Both the position numbers and the translations under genes were made by a program. DNA of 64,000 bases from Eledone cirrhosa (Eukaryota): assembly GCA_964016885.1 (NCBI GenBank), contig OZ024741.1, positions 128,960,001 through 129,024,000 of the forward strand, written 5' to 3'. Below are positions 35,864 through 49,181 of the stretch, in pieces. The notes under the pieces are model-generated. The model was not told where the DNA came from, did no database searches, and saw nothing but the letters and a program-made list of their open reading frames with translations. Positions within the stretch are counted from its first letter, which is position 1. The number at the start of each line of letters is the position of its first letter.

Positions 35864-36049
35864 TTTCAAACATTTTATTCATTCACAAGTTTTGGCAGAA
35901 AAAAATGTTCGAGAAATTTGCAAGCATTAATTTAGAATATATTTTTTTGCATCGAAAGTAATTGTTTGATAATTGTTGTTAAACTTATTTAAAGAATATT
36001 TTTACCTGTATTCAGTAATTCTAAATATATTGATTTAAAGGCTAAAAAT

Positions 36050-36490
36050 TAGTGGCTATGTATATATTTCCCCAGCCCATGGGGTTCGAAATGTTTGGAG
36101 GAACTGGGCCGCTGACAACGAAGTTCTTGTCATCGTTGGCGGCTCGCCTTACCGAGGTATTAGGTGATGCCCGTGAAGGTGCTTGGTTAACCTTAGCCTC
36201 GCTATCACCCAGCCATATCGAGGTATCAGGTGATGCTCGTGAGTGTGTTTGGTTGTTCCAGCGCCTTAGCCACACTATTACCCGGACTTACCGAGGTGTC
36301 AGGTGATGCCCGTAAGAGTGCTTGGTTGTTTCAACACATTAGCCTGACTATCCCCTCGCGGTATCGCTGCCAGTGAGTTGGCTTGTCTCAAAACGTATTA
36401 GAGGCGGGCTCCGGCACCCCTTGTGGTGTGTGACCGATTGACACACCTGTGTTGAATTCATTTTTTTTTTTATAAACACATAATAAATAC
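36050..36490 (+). mobile_element. CRE-like 3' end, inverted relative to the element body, with three ~70-bp internal repeats
   Basis: PMGFEMFGGTGP..LAARLTEVLGDAREGAWL..FQRLS; the cgaggt.tcaggtgatgc.cgt unit recurs at about 36151, 36219 and 36291. Confidence 0.75.
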
Positions 36491-36843
36491 AATTAATTAT
36501 AATTTAAATTAATTAGCAACAATCATTGTTAAGAACCTCACAAATATAATACACAAAAATAAATGATCCAAGCGAGAGAAAAGGAAAAAAAAAAACAAAG
36601 AAAAAAAAATACAACAACCGTCAATTCACCACCAAGTGCAACAATCGGTCGCAAACCATAAAGGTCAGCGGAACATTTTATGACAAGCCTTACACTCGAA
36701 ACTATACAGCGAGTGAAGGCGAGGTTTAAGGTGCTGAAACGACCAGGCACCCAGTACTTTGGGATTTTATTCCATTCGGCAACGGAAGCAGTGTCCCTCA
36801 CATTCCCGTGACATCCATGATGTGGAAGGGAGCAAAAGAGTCA

Positions 36844-38855
36844 TTAACTGTCATGTCCCAGGGACAAAGGGTAAAAACCATCTAGTCTTTTCCCATCAAT
36901 TCTAGATAATCCATCTGGCTTCAGAACTGAGGGGATATTTACCAGAGCTAGAGCCCGCTTAATGATCAGGTTTAACTCGATGTGGCGGGTGAAGCGGGAC
37001 CTACCGCAGCGACATCTCCGACCCCTACAGACATCAGCTCCAACTCGGAATGCAATGAAGATGCGGAGCTCGTCTAAACTGAGAAGACCACCAATGTTGG
37101 CCACAGGCAGGGTATCAATCCAATCCCGAGAATTTTGCGCTTGCAGAAAGTAAGCGGCACCTTGAAAATTGATCAGAATGATCAAAAAGAGAGTTAAGTG
37201 TTTCACTCGAACGCAGGTTGTTCTGTATTCTCTGCTTCCGTCTATCATCGTCAGTATCAGGAACTGACAAACCCAGCTCTCTCTACTGTAGTAAAGCTTC
37301 ATCCTTCTCTCTGGTGGAACTAGTCCATGATGCAGAGGAGAAGATGACACCTACTAAAGGGGAGCAAGCGTGGATGGAAGAAAGAAGCAAAGTAGAGACA
37401 GAGACGAGTATTTAAGCAGACCGAGACCTCCAAACCGTTTGGGTAAGGCAACCTGGTCGCGGGACTCTGGATAGACATTGACCAAGCCTTTGAGTTCATT
37501 GACTATTAAGTCGTCAAAGCGTTGGAGAGATGACGAGATTCTGTAAGAGGGACTAACTTTGAGGAAATACAACTTAAGAATCGGTTAGTAATTCCTAAGT
37601 ATAAAAAACTTTGGTGAAGCTCAATAGCCTCAAGGTTAGCTAACTTAACTCGAAAGATGGGCGCGAAAGGTTTGGTCAGTAATTGAGGGAAGAACCGCAA
37701 AAGAGGGGAAGGACTCTCGGTAAACAGGTTTATAGTCTGTTGATGTGAAACTGGGCGGTTGAGGAGCCAGAGCTCGCATATAGAACTGTTGACGTGAAAG
37801 CCCCTACGACCCAGTTCCTAAATCAACGTTTTCACAGTTGCAAGGACCTTATCTAGAGGACCCTATAAACAAGCATCATCATGATACCATACATTCAAAT
37901 CCAGGTCAGCTCTCATCTTGGTGACGTCGTCAATACCCAGTGCGAAAAGAGCAGGTCCGAGCGGATCACCCTGTTGGACCTCCGAGTCAGATAGTATGAT
38001 ATGGTCATCAATGAAATTTAGTTTGTGGATAATCTTTGGGATCTCAGAAGGCAAGGCTGGTAAGCTGGTAAAAGCTCTGGTAGCGTGAGCTTCACAACCC
38101 AGCTTGGTATCCACTTCTAGATGAATAGGATAAAATTCGGTGGACAGGCATTCTGAAATCGAGAACAGATGCACTTTCGTAGTGAGCCGTCGCAGAGTAC
38201 ACCCAACTGCTATGGGGTGGAGGTTACCATTGGGATTTGTGAAGCCAAACAGTTTAACTCCAAAGAACAGTGGGGTGGGGTGAATATAAGGAAAGACACT
38301 CTCGAACGAAAACAAGTTAATGAACTGAGTGAGGTTCTCCAAAAGCTCAAGGCCGGCATCTCCGACCGACAATGATACACCATCCTTGAGGTGCTGACGT
38401 CGTAGACCATCCACCCCTGCGTCAGAACCCACAGGAAAGGTTACAATCGCCTTCTTGGCGTTATCTGGGGTGAAGACAGATTGTAAATAACCTAGTGAAT
38501 CGGGCCAGTGTAAGTGATCATCCGGAGGGGCCGGAGGCTGTTTCTCCCTCAGTCGATTGAGAGAATCAATAATGCTCTGGACGAGGGAGAACAGACAGGA
38601 GAGGAGGCGAACATCTCCTTTAATGTCAAATTCGTTGAAGTTGGCATTGACTGCCTTCTTTAAGTTCGGTGATCGTCCATTGATCACCGACCTGAGATGA
38701 GCAGTAGTTGGGACGGACTCAAACAGCTTGAACTGCCGTTTAGAGAAAATGTGGAGAATCTGGTTTTCGCGTAAGTCACGTACAGAGAAACTAGAGGGAA
38801 CAAGAACAGTTTCTGCTAATCCGAGGTGTTGTTGTTCAGCAGCTTGGAGAGAATG
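36844..38855 (-). mobile_element. Decayed CRE-like element body (RT plus RLE N-part); probable 5' continuation at 40870-41150
   Basis: GVDGLR..HLK, PIAVG.TLRRL..K, VQQGDPLGPALF, WYHDD, LPKRFGGLG, DWI..LP, RH..LN, KRLDG. Confidence 0.85.
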
Positions 38856-40869
38856 GTATTAGTAAGTAATAGTTAGATGGTTTAACACGATTATTAGATG
38901 AATTAACAAGAATAAAGATTTAGTTTATATATGGTTTACTTCATTTCAATAAAAAAGTACAATAAAACAAGTTACTAAGAGTTGCGAAGGTTGACGTTGT
39001 TGTCGTGAGTCTGAGACCATAGTGAGTGAGAGAGAGAGTAATGGTTTGTATACCTCTGAATGGTCTGTAGTAGTTCTCGTCGTTAGTCTATTCTCTCTGT
39101 ATTTCTGTAGACCACAGGGGTCTGTTGATAGCGGTGAATCTTTACATAGCTGTGTAGTTTGTCGTCGTGCTCTGATGTCTCTCCGTCTAAGGTGGGAAAA
39201 ATATAGGCTTTATATACCTGTCGCTTTCTGCTTCCCACCTTTAGGGGATAGCCACGCATGAACCTGTTCACACCAAAAGGGTGGTGACCTAGAGTTTGAC
39301 CTTTAGGTGTCACCCAAGGTTCAAGGCGTGGACAGATTTCGCTACATTAGTTCCCTACCCAGATCGATGCAGGAGCAGCGATCGATTATAAAAGGGTTAG
39401 TGAAATCTGATTCCTAGAAGCGTGTCCCAAAATACACAAAATGTGGGTACTGCGCCCGCAAGTCGAGTGTAGAGAAATTTGGAAAGAGAAAAAAAAAAAA
39501 TCGTATAACTGTGTATGCATGTGTGTGTGTAACATTTAGAAGAAACTGTAAAAATACAAAGATGTGATCATGTATTTCGAACTGTTGTGTGTGGATGGAT
39601 GGATGTTGGGGTTACGGTATCGGATTATGATATGATAACACAGAGGACTATTTCTCTCGATGTATCATCATACGTAAGATTCTCTTCCAGTGAGTCGAGG
39701 TTTACGCTATGACATGAGTGTGTGCAATTTTGAGTTGCGTGCTCAGTGAGTCGAGCGAGTAGTAACCGTGGGTTGATTATCATGTGTTTAATAGCTGTTG
39801 CCGAAATTCGACCTGTTGAAAAGTGATCTCGCAGAGACCCAACCGAATCCTGAATATACCATAGACAAACATGTTGGTGTGTGACAAAGAAAATGATGTG
39901 TGTTTGATGCAAAACGTGTTATTCATACAGGCATATAATACAGTAACACGAATAAAAAATAAAAAAAAATGACATTCATATATAACCTGTAAAAAAAAAA
40001 AAAAAATTTATATAATTGTTCCTTACAAAAGGTTCAGTTTTCTCTTCTTTATGTTTGTTTTCTTGCTAGGAAGCTAGTAGTATTGTCTGTTGTTGTTGAT
40101 GTTGTTGTTGTTGGAGATTACGAAGCAAGTAGTGAAGTGTTTGGTAATTAATCGAAACATAAAAGCGAAGTCACTGTAAATATTCCGTAGAATGGAAGTT
40201 TGGTGAATAATTTGAAAAAGTGAAGTTTTATCATATCGTAGAATATAGATGAGAAGCTTGGTAAGAGAAAGTTGTTGATATTGGCAATCGAAGCCATGAT
40301 CAGATCAAAAGGCTGCGTTTTTTAAGATACCACTTCGTATTATTTTAAATTTTTTTTTAACGTCAGGTCACCAATTTAACGAAAGGTATTGATAAGTAAT
40401 TAGATGGTTATATGTGATTATTAGAAATAACAATAATAAATGATTTTAGTTTATATATGGTTTACTTCACTTCAATCAAAAAGTACAATAAAACAAGTTA
40501 CCAAGAGTTGCGAAGGTTGACGTTGTTGTCGTGAGTCTGAGACCATAGTGAGTGAGAGAGAGTAATGGTTTGTATACCTCTGAATGGTCTGTAGTAGTTC
40601 TCGTCGTTAGTCTATTCTCTCTGTATTTCTGTAGACCACAGGGGTCTGTTGATAGCGGTGAATCTTTACATAGCTTGTTGTATGTCGTGGTGCTCTGATG
40701 TCTCTCCGTCTAAGGTGGGAAAATATAGGCTTTATATACCTGTCGCTTTCTGCTTCCCACCTTTAGGGGATAGCCCACGCATGAACCTGTTCACACCAAA
40801 AGGGTGGTGACCTAGAGTTTGACCTTTAGGTGTCACCCAAGGTTCAAGGCGTGGACAGATTTCGCTACA
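38856..40869 (-). mobile_element. Internally deleted LTR retrotransposon with ~490-bp LTRs (38856-39346, 40376-40869)
   Basis: Near-identical direct repeats starting TGTAGCGAAAT on the minus strand; PBS TGGTGACC-TGACGT (40360-40373) resembles the complement of the tRNA-Trp 3' end; purine tract gggtagggaa before the 3' LTR. Confidence 0.8.
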
Positions 40870-41750
40870 AGAGTACGGCGAAACGAGTCGGGGCTCCATT
40901 TGGGTTCCGGTTGATGAGCTTCAACTTAGACAAGCTCCCAAAGGCAGTAGCAAAATCCTCAACAGGAATCTGGACATCAGAGCAAGGTTCTGACTTGCAA
41001 AGTAAGTTGGAGCTGAAGTGGCATTGGTTACACATCCAGTTTGAAAAACTTTATGGTTGAGCCTTAGTAATGTCAACTTAGGCTACAGAAGTGACATTTG
41101 ATGTAAATGGGATGTGTGGACCAGACGGGAATAGAAGTTTAGGAGCGAGCTAAAATAGAGAAATGAATTCTGTGTTTGTGAGGAAATGTGCGTAAGATGT
41201 TGAGATGAATGTTGTGTGCGTGTAAACATTAGATTTTTTATAGGAACGGAATGTCATTTCTTTGATTCTATATTTTCACTTATTTTATCGATTCCCGTAG
41301 CGTGAAAACAAAATCAACCCTGTTGAGATTTGAACTTGGAATGTAAATATCCTCACCCCCACCATTTGATATTTACTTATTTATTTATTAAATTTTACAA
41401 TTGAATCGTTTCTAAACTAAATAAACAGTTGTTTAAAATTTATTTCAAACAAGAACGTTATTGAAGTAATGTTTAGAAATTTCAAACCAGTTTTAGTTTT
41501 CTATTATAATTTTATTTACACAAGAGGGCATTTGTTTCGACTCTTTCCAAACTGAGTTAAAATCCTGTTGAAACCTTGACCTCTCATCCTCAGTCGTTGA
41601 AATAAAATACAAGTCAAATACTGGGTAAATTAAATTAACTAACCCTTTGCTCCCAACTTTCTGGCCTTGTGTGTGCAAAAAAACAGCAACAACAAATAAA
41701 TAAAAACTACATTTTTTGGGAGGAAACGTTTATTGAAATCTGAATCGAAA

Positions 41751-41940
41751 TCTATATACTACTAAAACTCTGTGATTGCTTGCTTGCTTGTCTGTAATGT
41801 AATACAGCCAAAATGAGCGTAATGGGAACATACTTTGAAAGAAAGTTGACCCTGAAATGGGGATACAAATGGAATAAAACAAGTTTCGCGTAAATCGGAG
41901 CACGGGTCCCGAGATATGGGGGTCTCCCAGGTACCTTCAT

Positions 41941-41978
<38 letters not shown>

Positions 41979-42364
41979 TAGTTGTGAGAGAGAAGATTGA
42001 AAGAGAGACATATAGAGAGGGAGAGGAGGCAGAGAAGGAGAATGAAAGAGAGAGAGAGAGAGAGAGCGCTGGTGTTGTTGTGTATATATATATGTGAGTG
42101 TGTGTGTATGACCAGTGTATATATATCACAGACACCCACATATATATATATATATATACACACACATATATATACATTTATATATATACATACACATTTA
42201 TATATATACATACACACATGTATATATATGGGCCTTCCAGTTTCATTTCACATTATATACATGTCTGTGTATATTTTAATTATTCAAAGATTATTTTTAA
42301 GTGAACATGATTTTTAAAAAATATTTTCAAGTGAGCGTGACCCAACGGGTCACGTGTGGTCTAG
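41751..42364 (+). mobile_element. Non-autonomous Helitron (third family)
   Basis: A|TCTATATAC start; perfect hairpin cgtgaccc-aac-gggtcacg followed by CTAG|T at 42361-42364; internal microsatellites. Confidence 0.85.
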
Positions 42365-42515
42365 TAAAATTATAAAAACTGCTATCCGAAACAATTAACA
42401 TTTCATTTTTAAAATTTGAATTTCGATTTCCGATTTTCTTGAATTTAAAGATTTAAAAAAAAAAAAAAAAAATCTCCAGCCGCCTAACCACTGCCATCGT
42501 GGCAGAACAGACGTT

Positions 42516-42636
42516 AAATGATGATGATGATGATAATGAGGATGATGATGGTGATGGTGGTCGTGATGGTGGCGATGGTGATGATGATGATGATGGTGGT
42601 GGTGGTAATGATGATAATGATGATGACGATGAAGAT
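42516..42636. repeat. (GAT/GGT)n trinucleotide tract, tail of an RTE-type repeat
   Basis: Preceded by gaacagacgttaaa, matching RTE-family 3' ends. Confidence 0.8.
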
Positions 42637-43989
42637 AAAAGCCAATTTCGAAGAACAAAAGAAGCTTCTATTGATATTTTCGTCTACAGTTTCATAAGAA
42701 TTGTTCGTCTTTAATTTAATAAGAATTTTTTTCATTAAAAAAAAAAGTAAATGATGATAAGTGAATACACAATATTGTCTGGTCTTCAATATTTCTGATA
42801 ACTTTTTCTAAGAAATGAATCATCAAAGTGAGTTTAATTTGAATTTAAAATGTGGAAATTAAGGTCATCTAGAAATATAAATAAAAACTTCGAATAACTG
42901 AACATACGAAAGTAAAGGTTGTAAAATTCTTTCATTCAGACACGACATAAGCAATGATGTGGAGGGCTTTGAAGGAGTGGTGGGAGGGCGACACATATAC
43001 ACACACACTTACATATATGCACACACACACATACATACATGCACACGCGCGCGCACACACACAAGCCTACCATAGATATACGATACGAAGAACACAGTTA
43101 CACCCAACACATCCACTCAGCTTATGCTAACACACATACGTACGCATGTATTCAGATTTATTTATTTATTCATTTATTTATTCATTTATTTATTTAATCA
43201 ATTTAAATGTTCGTGTGTAGCTAGCAAGCCATGAAAGACTAAGGGAAAGTATCTAGTATCCTTGACTATTAAGAAACAAAAATAAGACAAGAAGAGGAGG
43301 CGTGTGGCCTAGTGGTAAGAGTGTCGGCCTTACGGTCATAATTTCGTGGGTTCGATTCTTGGACTGCGTTGTGTGTTGTGTTCTTGAGCGAAGTACTTCA
43401 TTTCCACGTTCTTCCGGTATACTCAGCTGACAATGAGTACTAGCAGTAGTTAGGGTTGGCATCCTGTCCAAACTTTGTAGCCTAACCCTATTTTTTAAAC
43501 CCTAAATCCATACATGTTTTAGAAATACATTTTCATGAATGTTTCAGGACTTTGCTTTTGATGATACACATTATAGAATCTAGTTTGGCAGCTTCTCGTA
43601 GATCCATCATTTTATATAGACGCGTAGCGATGTTGGTATTTGATTGTTATTGGTGGTGGTGAGAATTGATATTTGTGGCATTGCAGATGTAGTAGTTATG
43701 TTGTTGGCTTGATGGGTGATTACGTGAATTGCTCTAAGCGCTGTGGAAAATTTGTGACTTATGGCAAATGAATTGAGTGTGAGTGTCTCAGTGAGTTGAG
43801 ATGTGTGGCTGTACTCGTTGTCATAGTCAATAGTTGGAAGTTGAAGGTTAAAAGTAAAGTTGCCTTGAATAATAGCTGATAGAAAATAACAAACATCGCT
43901 ACGATAATGATTTTATGAAGAAAATAACTTACGTCAAATCTATTGTTGACAAAATAAGAAAACAATAAGGAACCAAGTGAATTGTGAGT

Positions 43990-44304
43990 TATGTTTGTGT
44001 GGTTGGTTTGTGTAAATACCGTAGTAGTCTGACCAGATGCCTTGAACTAACCTTTATCGAAGTAGCCAACCCTGTCGATAGGGGTGGAGTGGTTAGCTAA
44101 GCGCTACATCTATCTGCTTGCCAGAGCAACTCCCTGTGATGTCGGTCTCTTCTGAGAATCGAGAGCAGAATGGCTTTAAGAAAATCTTATCTCATTTAAC
44201 CCCAAGCTGGCCAGTTTTTCCAGACTACTGGCACCAACCCGAGATAAAGAAAAACTGCAACTCATGTCGTTTAGGGGTCAATATGTGTGGAGAAATATCG
44301 CTAC
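43990..44304 (-). mobile_element. Old solo-LTR-like repeat; diverged relative at about 45120-45452
   Basis: Both end in gctaca (TGTAGC on the minus strand) and share colinear motifs (actaacctt, ctacatc..tctgcttgc, cttatctc, agctgg..tccaga). Confidence 0.5.
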
Positions 44305-45639
44305 AGTCGAGTAGTTTCTGGTTTACTATGAGTCTCATAATATAGTTTTGAAAGATCTTGATTTTACTTATCATGGAGGAGGTTCAGTTCACACATTCAA
44401 GGCTATAAAGGACACATGTAAGACATACGAGTTATAGATTTAACATTTACTATAATATAGGGCCCGTTTTCATGTTAAACATTTCTTATTTTCCTTAAAA
44501 GCTGCCTCACCAAAACCTATTTTGTGACGAACTGCAACAGAACCATTGTTTGTGCTTGACAGTTTATAGCCTAGATTAGGCATGGGGAACCTTTTCTTAT
44601 AGAGGGCCGCATGAGATATAGCTCATCATAAAGCGGGTCACACTACTAAAAACATTCAAGGTAATTTTGAAATTAGGTGTGCCATTCAGAAAGACAAATG
44701 ACTGGCCTAAATAGATAAATGGTTAATTATTCTCATCTGTTAACATGTAGCGAGTGTAGATTTAAATGTTAGTGGTGGTGATTCGATAGTTGTATGTGTA
44801 CTCACTTGTTGCTCTGTGATGTGATCACCGTTGTTAGAGTGTAGGTGAAGGAAGATTGGTGTGTTTGTGCATGTGACCAGAGACTGCGGGTATGCAGGTA
44901 AGTGAGTAACACTGTTCATTATGATGACGATGATGTGATGATTCCTTGATCACATGGGTAAAGGAATATATAAACCAAAATCGCTACTAAACTACGACGA
45001 GGTTACTGTGATAACAGGAAAACAAATATATTCACAGCTGAAGGAAAACAAAGATATTCACAGTAGTGTTGTTGGTTGTGTATGAGTGTGAGCAATAGTT
45101 CGAAAAGATGATATTCATAGTTGATGCATGGACTAACCTTTGTTGAAGTTGAATGAGAATAAAGCTCGCGGGTCCTTGCCGAATAGGGTCGGAGTGAGTG
45201 TCTGTTTAACGACTACATCACTCTGCTTGCTGGAACAAACTGATATGTTGTCTACCACGACAGACGAAAGCAGAACAAATTGATGAAGCTACTTATCTCT
45301 TGATAAATTGCAAATGACCCTAGCTGGATATTTCTCCAGATAAGCTGGCATCTTGTCCCGAAGAAAGGAATTGAACATCTATGTTGCCAAAAGGTCAGCA
45401 TGTATGGTCATGCTGAGCCAACACGGGAACAAACGTTCAAATTACTGCTACAGACATACATTTAGTTTTGGAGACATTTACAAGTAGCCAAATTTCTGCT
45501 GTATGTCTAGCTAAAGCATCGAGATTCTAGAGCTATTTAGAGCGGCTGTATCAAGGGCATAGCTCAGATTTAACAATAGCTGGCCAACAATAGAGAAACT
45601 TAAGTTGCATTCGGCTTCTGTTTTCAAGATTATGGATGC

Positions 45640-45960
45640 TACGATAATGTAAAAGAGTAAATCCAAAAGGATGTCACCTCATTTTACATCTTTGAGAATG
45701 ATTTGATATGCCAGGCACGCTGAGAGCCAAGCTGTCCTGAACATTTTGACGAACGAAAGACCACAATGCCACAATTAAATCGGTTAATTTTTTTTCTAGC
45801 AGGGGACGTCCATATGTGAAGCTTTTTCTTTTGAAACATAGAATTAGTCGCAATGAAATCGTTTCTAGTACAGAATTTTGCAAAGTCTACCATAATCATC
45901 AGCATTCTCAAGAGTATGTTTACCAATGGAAGATGGATAATTTGCATGAAGACTCCCTAT
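45640..45960 (-). mobile_element. Degenerate LINE APE-endonuclease fragment
   Basis: FC..NDFIATNSMFQKK..HIWTSP motif. Confidence 0.6.
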
Positions 45961-47619
45961 CTTGTTCGATAACTTCTTCGTTAGGGCGAGAGGTAGTCAG
46001 GAAATGGTATTGTATAAATGTAAATTTTGAAAACTTTTCCTTTAGACTCATCAGAGAAAGCCTGTCAGTTATGGGCTCATAGCCTGAGCCTGATTTACCA
46101 TTGTGCTTAGGTGTGCTTAAGAACAGGGCCTCGTTGTTCCTTCATCTTCCTGTCCCCCACATTTTTAACCTCCTTCAGTGTCCAAGTAAGGGGCCTCATA
46201 ACTTAACTAGCATTTGTCCTAAATCCGGCACTGCTCATGGCCATCAAGAAAGGAACATATGATTACAGACAAAGAAATCCAACGACATTAAATCGATAAA
46301 TATTGTTGCTAGAAATAAATAACTGTGAATCTGACTCTTGAAGGGTTTTAATTTTTGTTTCTTTCACCTTTGTTTCAGATAATTCAATGACACAACAATC
46401 TTTTAAGTGCTTAAGGCCTCAAAAGAATTTAATCTGATCCAGCCTTTTCCAATAAAATGATACACATAAGCCAGTAGGAATTTAATTTAGGAGTTTCCTC
46501 TCCCAAAATGCCCAGATAAAAACATTATTCGCCCGATAGCGTATCTTAAGTTCAGCTGGATGGGTTCGTATTTCGTCAGCATATATGTGTAATTTTCGCT
46601 TGCGAACATTATTATTGGATGATGTCTGACGCTTTACAGTATCGGTAGAGCGTCAGACACTATGCTTTGCAGGATAGTTATGGCCCTTTGCGTTCTGAGT
46701 TGAAATCTGCTGAGGTTAACTTTGCCTTTCATCCTTACGGGGTCGATAAAATAAAGCACCAGTAATGCACTGGGTAATTGCTGGCTTTGTGCCAAAAGTA
46801 GAAAGATTATTGGTATTATTGTTCATTCATCTCGCAGATCTATGATCGATGTAGAGATGGATTAAAATTTTTAAAGGCCAAGCACTGAAGAGATTATGGT
46901 ACCCCCATATACTGTATGGGCCCCCTCTTTACTTGAGGTCCGAAATACGTATTTATTCGAAGACGTTCCTTTTGTGACCATTGTATATTTTTTATCTATA
47001 GAATTAGATTATCCATTACGCCATTCTTTGTATTTTCATTGTACCAGTCCACTGATGGACAAATCAAATACGTTCCAGCCATGACCATCTAAATTATTTC
47101 AGACTTAGTACACCAAGGACCACATTCTAAGACTAGAATGTGATTTGAGCAACATTTGGCTTCTATTTCCAGTTAGTCGAGAGATCACTCCGAAGTTACC
47201 GACTAGGAAGGCAGCTTGTTCGATTAAGGACAGTATACTCTATGTTACATTATCCAATGTGTTCTTTCCTTTTCTTATAACATAGTAAGGTGAGATTTAA
47301 GGGACATTTGGCTGGTATATCTACCAGATCATGACGCCACATGGACGATCCCTCTTTCGCTGAAATATCTTTGTTTACATATGTCAATCAAAACATACAT
47401 GCACAAATACAGATAGACAGATACCCACACAGACATATCCGCACTCAGATTCTTCCAAACAAGCATTAGCGCGCGCGCACACACACACAGGTTTCCCCCC
47501 TCTCTGTCACCACTCCCTTACACACACCCTCTCTCTCACACACACACACAGGTTCTTCCCTCTCTATGACTGCCTCACTTACTCCCTCTCTCTCATACAC
47601 ACATACACACAATGAAATT

Positions 47620-47716
47620 AACAATTTTGTGACCATAAGAATTTCTTCCCTCTCGCTTTTCTCCTTCCTTCCCCAAGCCCTCAACACTCGAAAGGCTATA
47701 GGGGCACCGCGACGCG
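47620..47716 (+). other. Putative non-coding first exon of the plus-strand gene
   Basis: Strong donor GCG|gtgagt at 47717 in a CpG patch; start coordinate approximate. Would splice to acceptor tttttattag| at 48670. Confidence 0.3.
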
Positions 47717-48782
47717 GTGAGTGTTACCCACCTGATGTGATTGTGTCAGAGGTAGCTAAACTCCGCTAATGATTTCACTGTCTATTCCTTGATGTTGTCC
47801 ATCCACATTTGAATCTATCCACTCCTTCCCTAGTCCTGTTCCCTTGAAAAACAATCTTTGAAATTATTTTTTTCTTTTTCCCATTCGATGATCGCGTATG
47901 TGTACAGGTGATTGGAGAACAAATTAAAACAAAGTCGAAACCACAAACATTATCATAGAGTGATGGATGACACACACACACACATACATACAAACGTATA
48001 CACAAACACAAACATACACACATATGGTTTAAGCTTGACCGTCGGTATTACATGCATTAAGCATTAAATTATGTACCAGTAATGCACTGGGTAATTGCTG
48101 GCCTTGTGCCTAAAGTAGAAACAATTAAATTATGTATATATATGTATATATATGTGTGTGTATATGTGTGTGTGCGTGTGTTTGTGGGCAGCGAAAATGT
48201 CCGTGGAAGTAAAAGAAATACATAATAAATGATTTCAATTGATTAAAAGGTATTTTTAATCATTTGAAATCATTATATTATCGCAATGCTTTGGAAAACT
48301 GTCTCGAAACTCAGTTTAATAATGAATAATAATAATGAAATATATATCGTTTTCATGACAATTTTACGTACACTTTCCACGCTGGCATGGAGAGAGAGAG
48401 CGAGAGATAGAGACAGAAAAAGAAAGGGAGAGAGATGGCTATATATATATACACACACATATACATGTGTGTACATGTGTCACTAGAACACACGCATATA
48501 CACACTCACATATATACATACATGTGTAAGAATTCACAAATAGAAATATACGAATAAAAAAAACAATTTATCTAACGTTTATAAATATATAACTCATACA
48601 ACAGCTGACTTTAAAAATACGAAATTATTGAACTTTTAGCTTTACTCTAAAACCGTCCATTTTTTATTAGTCTCTTGAAGTGATATGTCGACCGCTTAAA
48701 CGTCGTAGAGACATAACCAAGTTTATATTAAACTTGCCATCATAGTATTATTATAAAACAGTAACACAGACTATGGGATACC

Positions 48783-48833
48783 ATGGACGACGAAACAGAA
48801 AGACTCAAGAAATTAAAGGCCGGCAAGGAGAGA
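48783..48833 (+). CDS. First coding exon of an AKAP9/pericentrin-like gene (MDDETERLKKLKAGKER)
   Basis: ccATGG context, 17 codons, donor AGA|gtaagt in phase 0; resembles the AKAP9-type N-terminus MEDEERQKKLEAGKAK as I recall it. Downstream exons not found in the window. Confidence 0.6.
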
Positions 48834-49124
48834 GTAAGTGTGTCATTTGTTTGATTTATGTTATGATTTTGTTCGTCGTCGTCGTAATGAAATGTACGAG
48901 TAATATATATATATAATATTTACATATATATATGATAATGTACGAGTATATATATATAATATTTACATATATATATGATAATGTACTAGTATATATATAT
49001 AATAATGTACTAGTATATATATATTTATATATATAATATTTACACCCAGACATACATCTCTCTCTATATATATATGTGTGTATATATACATACACACACA
49101 AACGTATAAATCGCGAGTGCACAG

Positions 49125-49181
<57 letters not shown>

